Part shown: in pieces, positions 10,640 through 19,425 of the stretch
Layout: each line of letters begins with the position of its first letter
Position numbering within the stretch: position 1 is the first letter of the stretch
Origin: Alphaproteobacteria bacterium
Lineage (GTDB): Bacteria > Pseudomonadota > Alphaproteobacteria > SHVR01
NCBI GenBank assembly: GCA_009694185.1
Contig: SHVR01000011.1
Location: forward strand, 216-64,215
Length of the DNA stretch: 64,000 nt
Reading direction: 5' to 3'
Notes under the pieces: generated by a model
What the model was told of the DNA's origin: nothing
Databases searched by the model: none
The model's input: the letters and a program-made list of their open reading frames with translations, nothing else
Program-made: the position numbers and the translations under genes

Positions 10640-10840
10640 TTAGACCGTCTTATGGTCCAAATCAACGACCCCCAGAGGGGAATATCTCCCTACTCCCGCT
10701 CGCGTTTCCCGATGACGTTGCCATGGCCCCGAGGCGGGGATATTAGGCCTTCGAAATAATCGCAAAACGCGCGCCGTCATAGGCGCATCCGCGAAGACGG
10801 GTTCGGGGGCGATGCCGGTACGCATGCTGAGCCTGAGGGA

Positions 10841-11773
10841 CTACCGCGCCGGCGCGTATTTACCGGTCAATTGCGGGGTCGGCGTATCGAAGCCCTTGTT
10901 CTGGCGATCGAGACGGGTCTCCCTGGACCAGGTGCGCTTGAGCTCGTCCTTCACATTGAAGGCGAACCGGCCGCACCCCTCGACCTCGAGCTCCACCTTG
11001 TCGCCATCCTGGAACGAACTCAGCCCGCGATGGTTGGTGCCGGTCGCCAATATGTCGCCCGGCTCAAGCGTGTGGATCGACGTCGCCCACTCGATGCAGC
11101 GCGGGATCTGGTGCGCCATGTCGCTGGTATTGAAGTTCTGCTTGAGCTCGCCATTGACCCAGAGGCGGACGGAAAGACGATGGGGATCGGCGATCTCGTC
11201 GGCCGTCACCAGATAGGGGCCGATCGGCGCGAAGGTGTCGCGCGACTTCATCTGGAAGAAGCTGTTGTTGGCGGGCACCAGGCCGCGCGCCGAGCCGTCG
11301 ATGAAATTCACATAGCCGAACACATAGCTCATGGCGTCTTTGGCGGCAACCCGGCTCGCGCGCTTGCCGATCACCACGGCAAGCTCGGCCTCGCCCTCGA
11401 AGATCGTGGCGGGCACATCGGGCAGCACCATGGTATCGCCCGGTCCGATCACCGCGCCGGGTAGCTTGTGAAAGCCGTTGATCGGTGCCGGCGCCGAACG
11501 GGTACCGTCCTCCATGTAATTGACCGCCATGCAATCGATGGTGCCGGGGCGCGGCAGCGGCGGGCGCAAGCGGACACTGGCAAGCGGCACACCCGCGCCA
11601 TCGGTCACCGCCTTCTCCAGGCGGCCGCGATAAGTGGCGAAGCGCTCGATCAGGCCGCCGATCAGATTGCCGGGCCCGGTATGCGGAATGTCGCCGACCA
11701 CGGCCATGACATCGACGACCGCGTCGCCCTTCAGCACGCCCAATCGGAAATCGTTGAAATAGACCAGCTTCAT
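10841..11773 (-). CDS. Fumarylacetoacetate hydrolase family protein
   Basis: FEGEAELAVVIG, KSRDTFAPIGP and LEPGDILATGT motifs; start MKLVYF with SD. Confidence 0.9.
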   Translation of the reverse strand: MKLVYFNDFRLGVLKGDAVVDVMAVVGDIPHTGPGNLIGGLIERFATYRGRLEKAVTDGAGVPLASVRLRPPLPRPGTIDCMAVNYMEDGTRSAPAPINGFHKLPGAVIGPGDTMVLPDVPATIFEGEAELAVVIGKRASRVAAKDAMSYVFGYVNFIDGSARGLVPANNSFFQMKSRDTFAPIGPYLVTADEIADPHRLSVRLWVNGELKQNFNTSDMAHQIPRCIEWATSIHTLEPGDILATGTNHRGLSSFQDGDKVELEVEGCGRFAFNVKDELKRTWSRETRLDRQNKGFDTPTPQLTGKYAPAR

Positions 11774-11876
11774 GGCGTTCCCCTTGTATCGTCCAACCGG
11801 ACGAGCGGCACTATACAGCCCCCCGCGCCGGCCGCAGAATAGGTGCCCGGAACACCCAAGACGAGGGGGAAATGCC

Positions 11877-12641
11877 ATGCGCTTCCAGGACAAGATTGCC
11901 GTCATCACCGCCGTAGCCAGCGGCATCGGCCGCGCGAGCGCCGACATCATGGCGAGCGAGGGCGCCATCATCATCGGCATCGACAATGACAAAACGCGCC
12001 TCGACCGGGCGGTGGCCCAGATCAAGGCCGCCGGCGGGCGCGCCGAAGGCCGGATCGTCGATGCCCTCAATGGGGCGCTAGTGGACGCGGCCGTGGCGGA
12101 CATCGCCGGCACCCATGGCCGCATCGACATCCTGCTCAACGCGGTCGGCGGCAGCACGATCATCGCCAAGCCGGCGGCCATCGTCGAGGAATTGACGCTC
12201 GGCGATTGGCAGCGGCTGATTCAGTTCAACCTGGATGGCACGTTCAATTTCTGCCATGCGGTGACGCCGATCATGAAACGCCAGGGGAGTGGCAAAATCG
12301 TCAACATCTCGTCGATCGCCGGCCGCGGCCTCAGCCCATCGAGCAGCACCGCCTATGCCGCCGCCAAGGGCGGCATCATCGCCTTTACCCGCAAGCTCGC
12401 CTACGAGCTCGGACCATCAGGCATCAACGTCAACGCCATCGCGCCGAGCCTGACGCTCTCCGAGCGCTTGCAGCCGCGCTGGCAGCAGCAGTCGCCCGAC
12501 GACCAGGCTGCCGCCATTGCCCAGGTGCCGCTCCGGCGCATCGCCGAGCCGGCCGACCAGGCGCGCGTGATCTGCTTCCTCGCCTCATCCGACGCCGATT
12601 TCGTGACCGGCCTCACCATCGACGTCACGGGCGGAAATTAG
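11877..12641 (+). CDS. SDR family NAD(P)-dependent oxidoreductase
   Basis: TAVASGIG variant of the Rossmann motif, NISS, and YAAAK catalytic motif. Confidence 0.9.
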   Translation: MRFQDKIAVITAVASGIGRASADIMASEGAIIIGIDNDKTRLDRAVAQIKAAGGRAEGRIVDALNGALVDAAVADIAGTHGRIDILLNAVGGSTIIAKPAAIVEELTLGDWQRLIQFNLDGTFNFCHAVTPIMKRQGSGKIVNISSIAGRGLSPSSSTAYAAAKGGIIAFTRKLAYELGPSGINVNAIAPSLTLSERLQPRWQQQSPDDQAAAIAQVPLRRIAEPADQARVICFLASSDADFVTGLTIDVTGGN

Positions 12642-14022
12642 GGGCGACCGGCGCAGCCACGACGCCGTGACGTTCGAGCTCGGCGGCCACCTGGATCAGT
12701 GCCGCTTCGCCCCAGGGCCGGCCGACGAGCTGAACGCCAAACGGCAGGCCCGGGCCCTCGATCGGCACCGAGAGCACCGGCAGGCCGATGAAGGACAAGG
12801 GCTGGGTGTAGATGCCGATATTGGGCCGGATCATGACTTCTTGACCCGCCAGCGTCATCGTCTCCTGGCCGAGTTCGGGCGCCGGGAAGGGTGTGGCGGG
12901 TGCCAACAATAGGTCCCAATCCGCCATCGCCCGGGCGACTTCGTCCCGATACCAGCGGCGGAAGCGCTGCGCCTGGAGGTACCAGCTTGCCGGTATCAGG
13001 GCGCCCGCCAAGAACCGGTCGCGGGTCATGGGATCGAAGTCGCCGGCCCGGACCTTGAGGTCGGCCAAGTGAAGGTTGGCGCCCTCGCTCGCGGTGATCA
13101 GCATGGCGGCGGCGCGCGCCCGCTCGGGCTCCGGCAAGATGACCCTCTGCCGGGCGCCGAGCGCCGCCGCCACTCGGGCCACCGCGGCATGCGCCGCCGC
13201 CTCGCCATGTTCGGCAAAATGGCCACCCGCGATGGCGATGCGGAGCCCACCGATGCCGCGCTCGAGCAACGGCAGGCTCGGCTCCGCCGGCCGCGCGGTC
13301 ACGCCGGCATCGAGCGGATCGGCGCCTTGCAGCAGGTCGTAGACCTGGCCGATGTCGGCGACCGAGCGGGCGAGCACGCCCGCATGGTCGAGGCTCGCCG
13401 CGAACAGCATCATGCCGACGCGCGACAGGCGGCCATAGCTGGGCTTCAAGCCATAAACGCCGCAAAAACTTGCCGGCACCCGTACCGAGCCGTTGGTGTC
13501 GGAGCCAAGCGCCAACGGCACCAGGCCGGCCGCGACCGCGGCACCCGAGCCGCCCGACGAGCCGCCTGCGGTGCGGCTCAGGTCATGCGGATTACGGGTC
13601 GGGCCGTAATGGCTGTTCTCGGTGGTGAAGCCATAGGCATATTCGTCCATGTTGAGGGCGCCCATCGGCACGGCGCCCGCCGCCACCAGACGCCGGACGG
13701 CCGTGGCATCGCCGGCGGCTGGCGGCCGGTCGGCATGGATGCGCGAGCCCGCAAATGTCGTCACGCCCGCGATATCGAAGAGGTTCTTGACCGCGAAGGG
13801 CACGCCCGCCAAGGGACCCGGATCGCCGCCCACCGCCACCATGCGGTCGATCGCCTGAGCGGTGGCGCGGGCGCGCTCGGCTGTCACGACCGTAAAGGCA
13901 TTGATGGCACCATTGTGGAGGGCGATGCGGGCGAGTGCTGCTTCCGTCACCGCGCCCGCGGTGAGCCGACCACGGCGGACCGCCGCGCCAATTTCGACCG
14001 CGGTTGCGGCGGCTCCGGTCAT
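12625..14022 (-). CDS. atzE: AtzE/HpxY-family amidase (amidase signature)
   Basis: VPFAVKNLFD, LNMDEYAYGFTTEN, GGSSGGS, GSDTNGSVRVP and DRFLAGA motifs. Confidence 0.85.
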   Translation of the reverse strand: MTGAAATAVEIGAAVRRGRLTAGAVTEAALARIALHNGAINAFTVVTAERARATAQAIDRMVAVGGDPGPLAGVPFAVKNLFDIAGVTTFAGSRIHADRPPAAGDATAVRRLVAAGAVPMGALNMDEYAYGFTTENSHYGPTRNPHDLSRTAGGSSGGSGAAVAAGLVPLALGSDTNGSVRVPASFCGVYGLKPSYGRLSRVGMMLFAASLDHAGVLARSVADIGQVYDLLQGADPLDAGVTARPAEPSLPLLERGIGGLRIAIAGGHFAEHGEAAAHAAVARVAAALGARQRVILPEPERARAAAMLITASEGANLHLADLKVRAGDFDPMTRDRFLAGALIPASWYLQAQRFRRWYRDEVARAMADWDLLLAPATPFPAPELGQETMTLAGQEVMIRPNIGIYTQPLSFIGLPVLSVPIEGPGLPFGVQLVGRPWGEAALIQVAAELERHGVVAAPVAPNFRP

Positions 14023-14207
14023 GGCTCGAAATCGGGCGCCGGGGTGAGCGCCTCGGCCAAGGGAAAGTCCGCGAGCCGGCCATGCACGCTCTCCAGGAAC
14101 CGCACATAGCGAATAACGCCCGGCCGATGGGCCGGGTCGATTGCAAGACCGACGGCTGCCGCCATGGCATCGACATGCGCCTCGGCATCGAACGGCTTGT
14201 TCGTCAT
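14019..14207 (-). CDS. AtzG/HpxX-like small subunit (DUF4089)
   Basis: 62 aa (AAAVGLAIDPAHRPGV...PAPDFEP), translationally coupled to the amidase (ATGA overlap). Confidence 0.75.
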   Translation of the reverse strand: MTNKPFDAEAHVDAMAAAVGLAIDPAHRPGVIRYVRFLESVHGRLADFPLAEALTPAPDFEP

Positions 14208-14335
14208 GGCCTGCTCCGAACTTCGCAACGCGACCAAGCTTAGACCAGCGGGCTCACCCTGCGCTACGCGGTATTGACAGAGTGGCCAGGTGCGAAAATA
14301 ACAACGGGCGATGATTCCGTGAGGGGAAGAAGATC

Positions 14336-15928
14336 ATGTGGTGGACAGTGGTGCTGGTGACGGTTACCGCATTGGGCATGAGTGCCCCGGCGTCGTCTCA
14401 CGATCTGACAAGACTCGGCAAGGTCGACTTCAAGGTCGAGTGCAATGGGGCGGCACAGCCGGAATTCCACCGCGCCGTGGCGCTCTACCATTCATTCGCC
14501 TGGCCGGCGGCGACCGCCGCTTTCGAGGCCATCGCCAAGGCGGACCCCGCCTGCGGCATGGCCCATTGGGGCCGCGCCATGGTCATGCTGGACAACCCGT
14601 TCGTCTGGCCCGCCAACCTGCCGCCCCAGAAGCTCAATGACATCGATACCGCGCTCAAGGCCGCCGAGACGGCCGGGCTCAAAAGCCAGCGCGAGAAGGA
14701 CTATGTGGCGGCGGTACGGGTGTTCGTGGCTGATCACGACAAGCTCAATCACCGCACCCACCTGCAATCCTTCGAGGACGCGCTGGGCAAGCTCGCCGCC
14801 GGCCACCCCGACGACAAGGAAGCCGCGATCCTGCATGCGCTGGTGACGTCCGCCAATTTCAATCCGGCCGACAAGGAATATTCCAACCAGCTCAAGGCGG
14901 CGCGTATCCTGGAGCCGATTTTCAAGGCCCACCCCGATCATCCGGGGGCCGCGCACTACATCATCCACAGCTACGACTATCCGCCGATCGCCAAGCATGG
15001 TGTGGCGGCGGCCAAGCAATATGCCGCCATCGCGCCGGACGCGCCCCATGCCCAGCACATGCCGTCGCACATTTTCACGCGCCTCGGCCTTTGGGAAGAC
15101 TCGATCCAGGCGAACCGGGCGGCGGCCAAGTCGGCGGGTGACGCCGTGTTCGACGGGCATCATGCGCGCGACTATATGGTTTATGGACATTTGCAACTGG
15201 CGCGGGATCGGGCGGCGCGGCAGTCGACGGATGATTCCCGAGCCATGAAGGCCATCGATCATTTCGCCGCCTCCTATGCTTATGCCGCCATGCCGGCACG
15301 CCTCGCGCTCGAGCGCGACGACTGGAAAGCGGCGGCGGCGCTGCCGCTCCAGCCCGCAGCCGATAGCTATGCGGGGGAAAAATATCCGCAGTCGGAAGCC
15401 GTCAATGCCTTGGCGCGCGGCATCGACGCGGCGAAGAGCGGCGATGCCGGCGCCGCGCGCGAGCAGGTGACCAGGCTGTTGGCCCTTAGAGATACCGCCA
15501 AGGAAGCCAAGCTTTCGTACTGGGCCGACCAGATCGAGATCCAGGCGGCGGTTGTCGATGCGCTCGCGCTTTGCGCCGAAGGCAAGTCGAGTGAATGCGG
15601 CGCGGCGTTCGGCCAAACGGCGGCGCGCGAGGATGCGACCGAGAAGCATGTGGTGAGCCCCGGACCGATCCTCCCCGCCCGCGAGCTCTATGCCGATATG
15701 CTGCTCGAAGCCGGCAAGCACGGCGAGGCGCTCAAGGAATATGAGGCGGTTCTCGCCAAGGAGCCGAACCGCTACCGGGCGATCGCCGGCGCCATGCAGG
15801 CAGCCGATCGGGCCGGTGATCAGGCGAAGGCTCGAAAGTTCGCCGCCGATCTCGTTAAACAGGCGTCTGGCGCCGACAGCGAGCGCCCGTCCTTGACCCA
15901 GGCAAAGCAGCTTGCCGCAGCCAAGTGA
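14336..15928 (+). CDS. Exported TPR-like helical protein with His-rich motifs
   Basis: Signal peptide; HYIIHSYD and HAQHMPSHIF motifs; helical repeats. Confidence 0.75.
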   Translation: MWWTVVLVTVTALGMSAPASSHDLTRLGKVDFKVECNGAAQPEFHRAVALYHSFAWPAATAAFEAIAKADPACGMAHWGRAMVMLDNPFVWPANLPPQKLNDIDTALKAAETAGLKSQREKDYVAAVRVFVADHDKLNHRTHLQSFEDALGKLAAGHPDDKEAAILHALVTSANFNPADKEYSNQLKAARILEPIFKAHPDHPGAAHYIIHSYDYPPIAKHGVAAAKQYAAIAPDAPHAQHMPSHIFTRLGLWEDSIQANRAAAKSAGDAVFDGHHARDYMVYGHLQLARDRAARQSTDDSRAMKAIDHFAASYAYAAMPARLALERDDWKAAAALPLQPAADSYAGEKYPQSEAVNALARGIDAAKSGDAGAAREQVTRLLALRDTAKEAKLSYWADQIEIQAAVVDALALCAEGKSSECGAAFGQTAAREDATEKHVVSPGPILPARELYADMLLEAGKHGEALKEYEAVLAKEPNRYRAIAGAMQAADRAGDQAKARKFAADLVKQASGADSERPSLTQAKQLAAAK

Positions 15929-15932
15929 AACC

Positions 15933-16472
15933 ATGGGCGGCCGGCGCGGGCAACCGCTCCGGCCGCTCACTCGCCGCCTGTTGCATGCCGCTCTGTTAAG
16001 CGGCCTCCTGGTTCTCGCGGCGGCGGCACAGGGGGTGGAAAGCGATCCGATTGCCGTGCCGAAGGGCGGGTCGCGTGAGCGGGCCGTCACCCTCTATAAT
16101 CTGGGCGTGAAGCTGATGGTCGAGCGGCGGTTCGCCCAAGCCCAGGAACAGTTCGAAGCCGCCTTGGCGGCCGACGAGCGGCTTGCCGAGGCGCACAACA
16201 ATCTGGCGTTTAGCTTGCGCGTCCAGGGCGCGCAGAACTTCGAGCGCGCGCTCGGGCATTATAACCGCGCGTTGGAGTTACAGCCGCGCCTGGCCCGGGC
16301 CTATATGTATCGCGGCGTCCTCTATGTGCAAATGGGCGATCCGGCGCGTGCCCAGGCCGACCATGGGCGCCTCCTCGAACTCGACCCGGCGCTCGCCCGC
16401 ACGCTCTTGGACGCCATTGAAGGGACCATGGCGGGCGACGGCTATGGCGGCCTGGCGCCGCAATTCGACTAA
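15933..16472 (+). CDS. Tetratricopeptide repeat protein (exported)
   Basis: Signal-like N-terminus; TPR units AEAHNNLAF and ARAYMYRGVLY. Confidence 0.8.
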   Translation: MGGRRGQPLRPLTRRLLHAALLSGLLVLAAAAQGVESDPIAVPKGGSRERAVTLYNLGVKLMVERRFAQAQEQFEAALAADERLAEAHNNLAFSLRVQGAQNFERALGHYNRALELQPRLARAYMYRGVLYVQMGDPARAQADHGRLLELDPALARTLLDAIEGTMAGDGYGGLAPQFD

Positions 16473-16514
16473 TACTCAATCTCGCCGATATTGACCCCTA
16501 CCGCCGCGCGGACT

Positions 16515-16523
16515 TGGTATAAC
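16515..16523 (+). promoter_or_regulatory. Extended -10 element (TGnTATAAC), probable leaderless promoter
   Basis: TGGTATAAC ends 8 nt before ATG 16532; no SD in between. Confidence 0.45.
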
Positions 16524-16531
16524 GGCGCCGC

Positions 16532-17956
16532 ATGACCGACAAGATCGACAGCCTTTTGCGTGGCCCGGCCCGGGTCGTCAATGTGGGCTTGCGCGGCTTC
16601 GCCGACGACCTTCATCGGCGCGGCGTTGCCGTCGTCGATGTCGACTGGGCGCCGCCGGCCGCGGGCGATCCCAAATTAGCCCGCCTCCTCGCCCGCCTCG
16701 ATGGCGACGCGCGCATCGAACGCGCCAATCTGGAGGCTCTGGACCGGCTAATCGGTGGTGATCCGGTGCTTGTGGATGTCGTGCCCGCCGGCACGGTGAT
16801 CCCGGGGCTCGGGGAACGTATGCTGCTGCATGCGGGCCCGCCCATCGACTGGCCGCGGCTTTGCGGTCCCATGCGCGGCGCGATCGCCGGCGCCGTCCTG
16901 CTGGAAGGTTGGGCGGGCGATCTTTCGACCGCGGAGCGGCTCGCCGCTGGGGGCGGCGTCCGGCTCGCCCCCAACCACGATCACGGTGCCGTCGGCCCCA
17001 TGACCGGCATTATCACGCCGAGCATGCCGGTCTTCGTGGTGGAAAACCGGGCCTTCGGCAACCGCGCCTATTGTACGCTCAACGAGGGGCTCGGCCGGGT
17101 GATGCGCTTCGGCGGCAACGATGCGGGCGTGCTCGCCCGCCTCCGTTGGCTCGCCGATAGCCTGGGGCCGGCGCTCGGCAAGGCATTGCGTGCCTCGGGC
17201 GGCCTCCCGCTCAAGGGCCTGGTTGCGCGTGGCCTGGTCATGGGCGACGAGATGCACCAGCGCAACGCCGCCTGTACCAGCCTGTTCCTGCGCGAGCTGG
17301 CGCCGGCCCTGGCGCGCGCCGTGCCGGACGGCGAACATTTGGCAAGCCTGTTCGCCTTCATGGCCGGCAACGATCAGTTCTTCCTCAATATCGCCATGGC
17401 GATGGCCAAGGCGATCACCGATCCTATTCGCGGCCTGGCGCATTCGACCATCGTCTCTTGCCTCTGCCGTAACGGCACCGATTTCGCCATTCGCGTGGCG
17501 GGCACCGGCGACCAATGGTTCACGGCGCCGGCCGCCATGGCGAAGGGCCTGTATTTCCCGGGCTTCGCTGAAGGCGACGCCAACCCCGACATGGGTGATT
17601 CGGCGATCGTGGAAACGATCGGCCTTGGCGGCTTCGCCATGGCGGCCTCGCCGGCGGTCGCCGGATTCGTCGGCGCCGGTTCGGCCGCCGATGCCATCGC
17701 CTGCACCCGCCGCATGGGCGAGATCACCCACGGCCAGCATCGGGAATGGACCATTCCCAACTTCGATTTCGCGGGCGTTCCGCTCGGCATCGACATCCGC
17801 CGCGTGGTCGAGACGCGCATCCAGCCGGTCATCAACACCGGCATCGCTCACCGGGAGCCCGGCGTCGGACAAGTGGGTGCTGGCGTGGTGCTGGCACCGC
17901 TCGCCTGTTTCGACCAGGCGCTCCGGGCCTTTGGCGCGCGGGACTGGCCGGCATGA
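16532..17956 (+). CDS. ylbE: DUF1116 (YlbE/YahG, AllG-like) protein with an N-terminal FdrA-tail domain
   Basis: LLHAGPP, GAVGPMTG, GDEMHQRN, RNGTDF, DMGDSAIVET and INTGIAH motifs. Confidence 0.85.
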   Translation: MTDKIDSLLRGPARVVNVGLRGFADDLHRRGVAVVDVDWAPPAAGDPKLARLLARLDGDARIERANLEALDRLIGGDPVLVDVVPAGTVIPGLGERMLLHAGPPIDWPRLCGPMRGAIAGAVLLEGWAGDLSTAERLAAGGGVRLAPNHDHGAVGPMTGIITPSMPVFVVENRAFGNRAYCTLNEGLGRVMRFGGNDAGVLARLRWLADSLGPALGKALRASGGLPLKGLVARGLVMGDEMHQRNAACTSLFLRELAPALARAVPDGEHLASLFAFMAGNDQFFLNIAMAMAKAITDPIRGLAHSTIVSCLCRNGTDFAIRVAGTGDQWFTAPAAMAKGLYFPGFAEGDANPDMGDSAIVETIGLGGFAMAASPAVAGFVGAGSAADAIACTRRMGEITHGQHREWTIPNFDFAGVPLGIDIRRVVETRIQPVINTGIAHREPGVGQVGAGVVLAPLACFDQALRAFGARDWPA

Positions 17957-19425
17957 GTGACTTCGTCCCCCGGAATAGGGTGCGGCGCGGCCATTATGTC
18001 GACTCGGTGACGCTGATGCGGCTCTCGCGTGCGGCCGAGGCCATGGATGGCGTTCAGCGGGCGGCGCTCATGATCGGCAGCGCGGCGAACCGAGAGTTGC
18101 TGAGGGCGGCCGGCCTCTTGACCGGCGACGGCATGGCGGCCGGCCCGAACGATGTGATCGTCGCCGTTCTGGCACGCGATCGGGAGTCCGGCGAGGCGGC
18201 GCTACAGGCGGCCATGGCGCTGTTGGAGGCACCCGCCATGGCACGGTCCGGCGCCGGACCATGGCAGCCGCGCAGCCTGGCCGCGGCGAGCGAAGGCCTG
18301 GCGGGCGCCAATCTCGCCCTCATCTCGGTGCCGGGGGCCTTTGCGGCCGAGGAGGCGTGGAAGGCGCTCCGGCGCGATCTCAACGTCCTGCTGTTCAGTG
18401 ACAATGTGCCGCTTGCCGACGAGCGCGCCTTGAAGGTGGAAGCGGACCGGTGCGGCCTCCTGGTCATGGGACCGGATTGCGGCACAGCCTTCATCGCAGG
18501 CACACCGCTCGGCTTTGCCAATGCGGTCGCCCTGGGAGGGATCGGCATCGTCGCCGCCTCGGGAACCGGCCTGCAGGAAGTCGCCACGCTGATCGACCGG
18601 CATGGCGGCGGTCTTTCCCATGGCATCGGCGTCGGCGGTCGCGACCTCGACGCCGCCATCGGCGGTATTGCGACGCTCGCCGCCATCGCCGCCCTCGATC
18701 GCGATCCGGGAACCATGCGCGGCATGCTGATTGCCAAGCCGTCGGCACCCGCCGTCGTCCAGCGCGTCGTCGAACGCCTAGCCCGAAGTCCGAAACCCTG
18801 GACCTTCTGTTGCATCGGCTCCGACCCATGGCCGATGCCTGCCCACGTTCGCCAAGCGACGACGCTGGTCGCGGCGGCGGAAGACGCGCTTGGCGGCATC
18901 GCCATCGGCACCGATTTCGACATGGCCCTGGAGGCGATGGCACTCGCCGCCAGGCTCGATACGGACCGGCGCCGGATCAGGGGCCTCTATGCGGGCGGCA
19001 CGCTGGCCGCCGAGGCGCGCCTGATCATCGACGCGGATGGCGGGCCGGATGCGAGCCGGCACAGGCTCACCGACCTCGGCGACGATGCCTTCACACTCGG
19101 GCGCCCCCATCCGATGCTCGATCCCTGGGTGCGCCGCCAACCTATGGGCGAGGCGCTCGGCGATCCAACGACGGCCGTCCTGCTGCTCGATGTCATCTTG
19201 GGCTATGGCTCTCCCGATGATCCCGTGGCGCCGATCCTGGACGCCGTGGCCGGCGCCGATTCGTCCCGGCCCGTCGTCATCGCCTCGGTGTGCGGCACCG
19301 AACGGGACCCGCAGGTCCGCTCGGTTCAGGTGGCGCGCCTGGCGGCAGCCGGCGTTACCGTCGCGCCATCCAATGCCCACGCCGCCAATCTGGCGGTCAG
19401 GGTGGTGTCAGGCCGTGCCGCATAA
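17953..19425 (+). CDS. fdrA: FdrA/YahF (AllF-like) acyl-CoA synthetase-like subunit
   Basis: YVDSVTLM, FSDNV, MGPDCGT, ASGTGLQEV, GVGGRDL and GRPHPMLDP motifs; ATGA overlap with ylbE. Confidence 0.85.
   Translation: MSDFVPRNRVRRGHYVDSVTLMRLSRAAEAMDGVQRAALMIGSAANRELLRAAGLLTGDGMAAGPNDVIVAVLARDRESGEAALQAAMALLEAPAMARSGAGPWQPRSLAAASEGLAGANLALISVPGAFAAEEAWKALRRDLNVLLFSDNVPLADERALKVEADRCGLLVMGPDCGTAFIAGTPLGFANAVALGGIGIVAASGTGLQEVATLIDRHGGGLSHGIGVGGRDLDAAIGGIATLAAIAALDRDPGTMRGMLIAKPSAPAVVQRVVERLARSPKPWTFCCIGSDPWPMPAHVRQATTLVAAAEDALGGIAIGTDFDMALEAMALAARLDTDRRRIRGLYAGGTLAAEARLIIDADGGPDASRHRLTDLGDDAFTLGRPHPMLDPWVRRQPMGEALGDPTTAVLLLDVILGYGSPDDPVAPILDAVAGADSSRPVVIASVCGTERDPQVRSVQVARLAAAGVTVAPSNAHAANLAVRVVSGRAA

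Noticed and set aside
14274-14302. TTGACA as a sigma70 -35 element for the TPR gene
   Set aside because: No convincing -10 at 16-18 nt spacing
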